DNA of 64,000 nt, taken from the NCBI GenBank assembly GCA_964016885.1, contig OZ024742.1, forward strand, positions 182,404,001-182,468,000, given 5' to 3'. Shown here one piece after another: positions 54,548 to 64,000 of this stretch. The stretch's first letter is position 1. The number at the start of each line of letters is the position of its first letter. The notes under the pieces are model-generated. The model made no database searches and had not been told where the DNA came from. It saw only the letters and a list, made by a program, of their open reading frames with translations. The DNA is from Eledone cirrhosa. Taxonomy: Eukaryota. The translations under genes were made by a program, and so were the position numbers.

Positions 54548-54951
54548 TAACACATAGCTTTGAAAAAACAACGTCTGTCGATGAATATAAATAAGTCTCT
54601 TACTATTGTATAATTAATTTCCTTTATTGTTGTTGTTATGTCTGGCAAATTAAAAAAACACACACACCATTCACCAGTAAATGGAAGGTGTCGACATTCT
54701 TGTCCAAGTAACAATGGATTAGAGATTATTGTGATGACACACAACAACACAATGCACACCACACAACCTGTCGTCACGTAATTTACGCTAGCTATACCGG
54801 AAGTTAATATCTCCCCCCTCTCTCTATCTCTCACCCCTTCTTATTTTTGTTGTTCTCCCATTCAATGTCTAGCCCCACTAGCTACGTCTTCTCATCTACA
54901 CGATCTTTTACTCACTCTCTCATCCTATCCACTCTCTCTCTCTCCCCACCC

Positions 54952-54985
<34 letters not shown>

Positions 54986-55417
54986 CCTCATACTCCCTCT
55001 ATCTATCTCTCTATCTATCCCTCTATCTATCTATCTATCCCTCTATCTCTCTATCCATCTCATTCATACTCTCTCGCAGTCTATCTTTCATTGTTATTGT
55101 TCTCCCATTCCAAATGTAGACTCAGCCCCACTATCTACACAATCACTCACTTAATCTGTGTCTCTCTCTTTCTCTCTCTCTCTCTTTCTCTCTCTCTCTT
55201 TGTCTCTCTAGTTTTCTCTTTCTTCTTCACCCTTTCTACCCCCTCCCCCACACTGCCTATCATAAATCTATTAATGACTATTACAATAAACTCCTATATT
55301 TATCTTTGCTTTTTAAAACTAAATAAGTAAATTTCTTTGGTTTCATAACTTTATTTTAACACACTATGTGTGAATCCTTTTAGCTAATGAAGAAATTATG
55401 TTCATTCACAAACACAG

Positions 55418-55477
<60 letters not shown>

Positions 55478-55568
55478 CTGTACGTATGTACATATATATG
55501 TATGTACATATATATATGTATGTGTGAGTGATTGCTAAAAGATACTTTATGTATGTGTAACGTTATAT

Positions 55569-55750
55569 TTGGCAGTATCGGTAGAGGGCCGGATGCCATG
55601 CTTTGACGCATAGAGTTACGGCCCTTGCCATTCTGAGTTCAAATCCCGCCAAGGTTAACTTTGCCTTTCATCCTTACGGGGTCGATAAAATAAAGTACCC
55701 GTAATACACTGGGTAATTGCTGGCCTTGTGCCAAAAGTAGACACAGTTAT
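55569..55750 (+). mobile_element. SINE family M
   Basis: Near-consensus. Confidence 0.92.
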
Positions 55751-55802
55751 ATATGCGGGCACATATATCATACGTAAATAGGAATATGAATTCTCATATA
55801 TA

Positions 55803-56356
55803 AATGTTTCTACTTTTGGCACAAGGCCAGCAATTACGCCAGTTCATTACTGGTACTTTATTTTATCGACCCTGTAAGGATGAAAGGCAAAGTTAACCTC
55901 GGCGGGATTTGAACTTAGAGCGTAAAGGGCTGTAACTTTATGATGCAAAGCATTGTGTCTGACGCTCTACCGATATTGCCAATCCACCGCATATATAATT
56001 GTTTCTACTTTAGGCACAAGGCCAGCAATTACTCAGTGCATTACTGGTACTTTATTTTATCGACCCCGTAAGGATGAAAGGCAAAGTAAACCTCGACGTA
56101 AAGGGACGTAACTATATTGGAAAACATGGCGTCCGACAATGGTTTTTGATTTAGGCACAAGGCCAACGGTTTTAGGGGAGAAGAAAGTCGATTAAATCGA
56201 TCCCTGTGTATCACTAGTTCCTGGTTCTTAAATTTATCATCCCCGTAAGGATGAAAGGCAAACTAACCTCGACCGAATTTGAACTCAGAACGTAAAGGGC
56301 TGCAACTATATCCTGTTGCTCGACTCTCCACCGACACAGCGCCAATCCACCACCCT
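55803..56356 (-). mobile_element. Three tandem SINE family M copies
   Basis: Copies at 55803-55990, 55996-56137 and 56138-56356. Confidence 0.92.
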
Positions 56357-56434
56357 AACTATATGAGGCAGTACGAACAAAGGTTTATTAGTTTCACGCT
56401 CTTGAGAGTGGGGATATATATATATATATATATA

Positions 56435-56905
56435 GCACAGTATAAAAGTGTTAATATAGAAGAGCTTCTACAGGACTAGAACTGTTTCATTCGTGAGAAA
56501 TCATCAGGGAGCTGGCTGTCCAAGTAAGTAGTGGTATTTATATCTTTTCTTTTCTGGTGGTAGGAGAGGGTGCGGATTGGGATGGGTGGAGGTCATTGGT
56601 TGAAGGATTTAAAGAAAAGGGAGTTCATTAAAAGCTAATTCTTTAAAGCTATAATATTAACAAAGGCAGAAAGAATACTGTAAACAAAATCAAATTTGTC
56701 ACTTAGACTAACAATGCCTGTAAGACAGGTGCCTTCGGATGGGTGGGTTCAATGGTTTAAAGAAAAGGGAAATTCTTTAGAAGCTGATTCTTTAAGGCTG
56801 AAATAAGGGTGACAACGGCAGAAAGGGTTCCATCAACTGATTCGAGTGTTGGGGTGATTCCCCTTATTGTGAAGTTTCTCTTAATATATATTCCAGGTGT
56901 CGACA
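56435..56905 (-). mobile_element. Penelope-like element family P7 with internal duplication
   Basis: Hammerhead near the (TA)n end; diverged direct repeat gatgggtgg...aaagaaaaggga...ggcagaaag at about 56580-56675 and 56737-56826; weak similarity to 45140-45200. Confidence 0.55.
56463..56513 (-). ncRNA. Type-I hammerhead ribozyme-like motif
   Basis: agctcc-CUGAUGA-t ttc tcac gaa t-GAAACAG ttctagtc CUGUA-gaagct: all three stems plus GUA triplet. Confidence 0.7.
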
Positions 56906-56983
56906 AGCACATTCACACACTCGCCCACTCACACACGTACACACACATACACGCACGCACACACAGGCAAGCACACACACAAC

Positions 56984-57039
<56 letters not shown>

Positions 57040-57043
<4 letters not shown>

Positions 57044-57250
57044 CTAAATTAGTGAGAATCGTATTTCGGTTATTGGAAATTAGCGAAAAACAACTTCCGA
57101 AATGTGTGGCAAGCGCTCAATAGAAACGAGGGAACTAGAGCAATAAACATACGTTAAAAGGCCAAACACACTGAGACGATAGTTAAACCATTAACCGCAA
57201 AGCCATAGAAGCGAGCAAGCTATTCGGGTCAAACAAATAATAAAATATGA
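57040..57250. mobile_element. Family P4 element, second copy
   Basis: Reverse-complement homolog of 13620-13812, between (TA)n tracts. Confidence 0.75.
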
Positions 57251-57281
<31 letters not shown>

Positions 57282-58822
57282 ATAGTGTAAAGTGTACATT
57301 TGTAAGGAATCAGGTGGTATGTATACGTACCCACCGATGCCTGGTACTCCGAGTAGTAATGAAGTTTTTCATCGTAATATTCGTTACATGAATATGTATA
57401 TATGCAAAGTAAGAGTATGTCTAAATATGTGTATCAATATGTGTGTTTATTTTTGTGTATATCTGTATATGTTTGCACAGTTTTGTTATGTATATATGCG
57501 TGTTCGTGTATGCGTGTTTGTATATGCGTGTGTACCTATGTACAGAATGTTTACGAGTATAAACATCAGTATGGATAGATATGTGTCTATATATGTGTGT
57601 ATATGTGTGTTTGTGATTATGTGTACGTGTATATGTGTAAGTGTTTGCATAGATTTGTTACGTATATAAAAATAAAACAAGAAATTCAGACTCAAAACCA
57701 GAGAGCAGAGACAGGAAATGAGAGAGAGACAAAGAATGAAAATGAGATAGAAATCCATCTTCCCCACTCCAACCAAATACAAAGGCGTAAAATGTTATCA
57801 TACAAAAGATATATTATGAAATACCATACAATAGCTCTTCTACCAAAGATAGAGCTATTATATAATTTGATATTTTCAAAATGTTAATAAACTCCACTAT
57901 TATGACTTCTTTCGAGGTCGATATATCAGTGAATATAGGATCTCAATGGATCAGTAATGAATAGTTTATCTATGAACAAATAGCCCTTTGTGCAGCTCTG
58001 AGAATACAGGCAGCAGTATCGATATCTTATTAATTATTTGATTAATCGATCTATAGATAGATTGTGGATTTTTCATTGTCTGGTTGATTGACTCTCAGTC
58101 GAGATCAATTATTCTTAAAATAGATCACAATGTATGCTTATTTCTCAGGTCTGCAAAAGTCGATTATCCGGGCCATGTGAAACCGTATGATTGGCGTTGC
58201 TTTGTTTGTTATTGCTGTTGTTGCGGGTCACATTTGTGAACATTTAGTCATGAGGTTTCTTGCGTGTCTTAATGATCGGAATCCCAGTATTGTCTTGCTC
58301 CTAATTTCCGGTGACAATAGACAGGAACTAAGATCGCACGGAGTTGGAAAAGGTACAGCAAGACATTCTACCTAACACTAATAATTTCGCCAATTCCCTG
58401 CTCATAATATTTCGAGCCCGAGAAGCTGACAGGAAAAGTTGATCTCGGTGAGATTTGAACTCAGAGTGACGAGAATCGGAACATGCGACATTTAAACAGA
58501 CGTTCTAGTGATTCTGATAATTCATCTCCTATAATTAATTTTATGTCAGTTTATGAATCGGAGTATTAGAAACAGTTTGTTTTCTTCCTTGAGACTATAT
58601 GGGGTTCATGCCTACGGCACATATCCCACTGGTATTTTTCTACTAGGTACTAGCTGTAAACTGTCAATTGTTGTTATTGTTGTCGTCGTTTAAGTCCAAG
58701 TCAGATGTAATTGAGCAGACCTATTATTTAAGCTGTTCCTTTCATGCCGCTATGTTTTCTTTTTGTTTTTTTTTTCATTTCAAGTGAATTTAAAAACAAA
58801 ATTCATGTAGAGTATAACTAAC

Positions 58823-59060
58823 CCGCTAATATTCGAAGAGTTCATATTTTTACGACTGTAAGTTGAGATTTGGGGAGTTTCTATCGCCAGCATCCAAGCA
58901 GTTTCGTAGAGAACTTTTCGAATCTCGGATTCTGATAAACTTTTTAAAAGGTTCTTATAAATCTCCAAATATCGAAGAATCCTTTCAACTAAACATTTAC
59001 AATAACTCGGGGTAGCTGATTGGCGATGGTATTTATCGTAAGAGTCCTGACACCAGTATG
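58823..59060 (-). CDS. Candidate coding exon of an unidentified gene (YWCQDSYDKYHRQSATPSYCKCLVERILRYLEIYKNLLKSLSESEIRKVLYETAWMLAIETPQISTYSRKNMNSSNISG)
   Basis: Branch-like ctgac, acceptor attctacattatttacag, 238 nt open (phase 1 to phase 2), donor cgg|gttagt; an in-frame stop lies just upstream of the acceptor. Confidence 0.5.
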
Positions 59061-60365
59061 CTGTAAATAATGTAGAATATCATATCTAGTCAGCAATTTT
59101 AAGTCAAAGTGTATATATATCAGGTTTCTACTGTTTATCATCTCTCTTGGAGTTGTCAAAGCAGGCCTTAAATTTGATTCCTCTTGGGAGTAAATTTAAA
59201 TAGATAACCGAAATATTATCAAGGAGCCAATTGCATTAACTAGGAAATGTTAAGATTTGGTAAACAAGACTGAAATGAATGTGATTCAAACTGACATTAT
59301 AGTGTTTATCTGTTGATTGGCCTTGGTCACTATCTGCAAAGGAAATTGGGTGTGATTTGATATCAACTAATCAGATATTCAGCAGACGTGATAGAAGTCT
59401 TAAAAGGATAACATTATCAACATTTTAAAGTTTAAAAGCTTCCAATTGCTAGGGTGATACGGTAGATAGGCAGTAGACATCTTTCACTATTAATGTCTCC
59501 ATATACCGACAGAAAAAATAAACTATATTTTTACACCCATCATCTTCCATAGGCCTACCTATGATCTGGTGAGGAGGCTTACAAAAATAGAACCTTACCA
59601 TCACCAAAAAAGAATAGTAAAACAGACAAAATTGAGGATCAGTTGCGAATTAACTGATGTTACTATTAGGGATGCTATCTGCAGGTTGTGGGTTCGGTTC
59701 CTATAAACGGCTGGCTAGTTGAAGTCGGCGTATTGGCAAACATAGGATCGTTGGCTAGAATGCTTTGCGATATTTTATCCCCTTGCTTTCCTCTCAGTTC
59801 GAATCGAGCCCAGATCAACTTTGCTGTTCATTCCTCTCAGTTGGGAGGAAAGGTCATTCAGAAGTACTGCTGAGTAAAAGCCTCATTAGTTTGTAAGGGG
59901 AAAAGTGTTGTAAGCTGTAACTTTTACTTGAAATGTTACAGCAGAGCTATGAGTGATAAATATGAGGAATTGTGAGATGTTGTGTAGAATAGAAAGTCCT
60001 GTCTCCGAGGATGTTTTCAGTTATCCGCTTAGCAGTTGCTAATGACCAGGGTTGAAGAACATGTGTTGCCAGGAATAATTAGCATAAAACTGGTGATGCT
60101 CAGAGATGTTGGCTGAATTCAAGTGGCACATGATTTGGGAAGTAGAAAACGTTGCTTAGTTTAGGAGTCGCAATAAGACAATGGTTAGATAGCTGGAGAA
60201 ATGTAAAAAAGCGTCATACATCTTGTAGAGATTGGGTTTCCAAATAAAAAATGCAATATATGTGTGTATGTATGAGTGTGTGTGTCTGTGTGTGTGTGCG
60301 TGGTGCGCGGTGCGTGTGTGCGTGCGTGCGCGTGCAAGTATGCGATTGCGTGGTTGTATGTGTAC

Positions 60366-60411
<46 letters not shown>

Positions 60412-60772
60412 ATACTTCACAAAATCAACAAAGAGAAGACAAAACAACGAACGAAACAATGCAAAACGGAAAACAAGTTTGCTCACTCAATGATTTTATA
60501 AGAATCGTATGTTATGAATACCATTTCATAATTCGGAGTGCAAATATGTTGTTAATTACTAAATAAACGCCTAATTGTAGGGCTGCATTCTGTACATAGC
60601 AGCTACATCAGCAAACAATATCCACAGTAGTTATCTAATATTGTTAAATATTACATAACTAGGGCTATTCAACGGTTCATTTGCCGGTTTCAATTTCAGC
60701 TCCAACGGGAAAGTCTGTCAGAACGACTGCTAAATATATATATATATACACATATATTTAGCAGTCTTTCTG

Positions 60773-60885
<113 letters not shown>

Positions 60886-61089
60886 AATGAATATATGAGA
60901 GGGATGAACACCGATACAAGTATACATGTGTTCGAATTGTAAATGAGCAAGTTAGCTAGGTTGAAAAATACTAATTTAAAATAATATGGTTTGCCTGTCT
61001 CGATTTAAAGTAATAAATAAATAAAAATAACAAACCTATATTCGGCAATGGCCGTGATGCCCGGACAGATTCTAAATCTACAGCTTGGC

Positions 61090-61237
61090 ACCAGTCACAT
61101 TGCAACACATTTCTACAGCTGAGTAAACTGGAACAACATGAGATAAAGTGTGTTGCCCAAGGACACAACGCATCACCCGGTCCGAGAATCGAACTCACAA
61201 TCTCATGATTGCAAGCCCAACACTCTAACCACTAAGC
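61090..61237 (-). mobile_element. CORE-like SINE
   Basis: ataaagtgtgttgcccaaggacacaacgc, gaatcgaactcac, ctaaccactaagc. Confidence 0.75.
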
Positions 61238-61831
61238 ATATCATCAGAGAACAATTGTAATACTCTGAGTATACATGTAAATACATGTATGCACATATGC
61301 ATACACACACACACATACATGCACACGTACATACACACAGAGATTCTATTGTAAAGTGTGTGAAACATTGAAATAAATATATCTATTTCCATGGTATTGG
61401 GAGGATATGAGTGGTGGGGTGGGGTGGGGTGTAGAAAAAGAGAATGTTATGAATAATTGCCAATCATACATTGTTATGCATTTGATTGTGCTTATTACGT
61501 GTGTAATGTGTGTCTGTATGCATGTGTATGAGAGTGTAAGAGTGTGCGCGCATATGTGATTAACTCATGTATGTATGTCTAGATTTGCACTGCATGTGTT
61601 TAAGTTTCTGGGTGACTGTGTGTGTGTATGCATGCGTGTGTTATTAGCTTTAAACAATGCTTTGTTCTTTGTCTATATCAGTTGTCTCTCCCTGCCCCTG
61701 CTTGCTTATCATTGCCTCACCCCCCCCCCCCCCCCCGCTCACCCCACACACACACACCCATACACCCCCACCCACACCCCCACACACACACTCACGCCTA
61801 CATACAGAGATGTACAAACGCATATACATAC

Positions 61832-61922
<91 letters not shown>

Positions 61923-61974
61923 TACATATAAGGTGCGCCAGCATTCAACCTGATTTAGGTCATGCTGCCCTGCA

Positions 61975-62081
<107 letters not shown>

Positions 62082-62180
62082 TCAATATATATACTTTACA
62101 CTCGGCTGAATGACATTCTTCTCTCAACAACCTGTCAGCTACATCCACGAGCTGCCGATCGATAAAGGCAGGCATAGATA

Positions 62181-62259
<79 letters not shown>

Positions 62260-62470
62260 TGAGAGGCATATACACATACATTCACACAGACACCTACACA
62301 CAGTTTCACATGCAGACAAACAGTAAGAGACACATCGACATTGAAGATAAGAAACGGAGATATTTTCATTCACACAAACACCACACAAATGTCTTCTGCA
62401 ATTCACCTCTGTCTCTATTTCTTTCTCCCCGGCGCCTCTCTTTTTCTATCACTCCTTTTGTCTCTCTCTT

Positions 62471-62515
<45 letters not shown>

Positions 62516-62583
62516 TTATCCTTCTTTATTTATTATTTCTCTCCCCGTTCCGCTTCCTACACTTTTCTCTCTCACACTGATTC

Positions 62584-62654
<71 letters not shown>

Positions 62655-62655
<1 letters not shown>

Positions 62656-62712
62656 TCCTTTGTATTTCTCCCCTTCTTGTGTGCCCCTGTGGCTAATAAA
62701 GAAACATATCTA
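62655..62712 (+). mobile_element. Extreme 3' end of the L1/Tx1-like family, after (TCTA)n
   Basis: tttgtatttctccccttcttgtgtgcccctgtggctaataaagaaa matches 41598-41645. Confidence 0.6.
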
Positions 62713-62725
62713 TTTCTCTCTCTGT

Positions 62726-62837
<112 letters not shown>

Positions 62838-63037
62838 GTATATATATGCATGCATGTGTATATGCCTCTCTGCGCTCTGAGATCAAAAGCCGTCGAGGTC
62901 AGCTTTGCTTTCCATTCTTTCAAGGTCGATAAAAAAGAACTGTGGTCGATTCTTTTTTCTTTTATTTTTCTCCCTTCCTCTCTATCAAGCTCTACCTTTC
63001 TTTTGTTTTCTCCCTGTCTCGCACTCTCTATAACTCT

Positions 63038-63089
<52 letters not shown>

Positions 63090-63092
63090 AGT

Positions 63093-63345
63093 CTTGTGTG
63101 GCTTAGTAGTTAGGGTATTCTGTTTATGATCGTAAAGTCGTGTGTTCGATTCCAGGCGGCACGTTGTTTACTTGAGCGCGACACTTTATTTCACGCCGCT
63201 CTAGCCCACTCAGCTGGCAAAATGAGTTGTACCTGTAATTCGAAGTGGCAACCTTGTCACATTCTACATCACACTGAATCTTCGAGAACTACGTTGAGTG
63301 TACGAGTATCTGTGGAATTCGAATCCACTTGTAATTTCCTGAGAA
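63093..63345 (+). mobile_element. CORE-like SINE family A
   Basis: gtggcttagtagttagg head, gttcgattcc B box, cttgagcgcgacactttatttcacg core. Confidence 0.8.
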
Positions 63346-63588
63346 GTTAAGAATAATGTAAATAAATATTCTGAATGAAAATGACAGAGGTTATTAAAAT
63401 CATAGAAGTAAAATACTTAAATATATACATACACACATCTATATACGTACATACACGTGCATAAACGAAAACGCATGCTATAAGTACATATACATGCACA
63501 TACACATAAGCACGCGCACACGTACGTAAACCAGGCGCAACACATATACCCGCACACCTACGAACGTATACACCAAATACACACACAC

Positions 63589-63653
<65 letters not shown>

Positions 63654-63945
63654 TATATATGTGTGTATATTATATATGTGTGTATAATTATATATACTTA
63701 TATAAATATACACGCATAAATGGATATATAACACACATACATGCAACCCGTAAATACACATATGTTCACCAAACGTACATATACCAGAACCCCATGTACA
63801 CATATACACAACATACATACGTGCAAATACACATAGACACTCATAAATACCCATACATATATGTGTATAAAAAGTACCAACATACATATTTACATATACA
63901 CTCACCCGCATTTACAAACATACACTAACTCATGCACATACAAAG

Positions 63946-63989
<44 letters not shown>

Positions 63990-64000
63990 TGGCTGCCAAC

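Overview
AT-rich, repeat-dominated animal genomic DNA. The abundant (TA)n/(CA)n/(CT)n/(TACA)n microsatellites, tRNA-derived SINEs and RTE, R4/Dong, Tx1, mariner, hAT and Helitron relics resemble an octopus/coleoid genome; this is inferred from the repeat landscape only. Almost all ORFs in the supplied track are microsatellite translations. No complete host gene can be named, but a few candidate exons are present, the best being 5017-5184 (+) and 58823-59060 (-). The most interesting signal is a set of short non-coding elements embedded in (TA)n tracts. Several carry minimal type-I hammerhead ribozyme folds, one with a compensatory U3-A8 core pair. They occur as fold-back inverted copies, and one brackets a 290-bp copy of neighbouring genomic DNA. 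These look like Penelope pLTR- or retrozyme-type mini-elements. Also notable are repeated (TA)n-centred inverted duplications, a (TACA)n-associated R4/Dong family, same-site serial SINE insertions, a tight inverted SINE pair and an intron-bearing tRNA-Lys pseudogene. All family assignments are from visual motif recognition; no database search was run.
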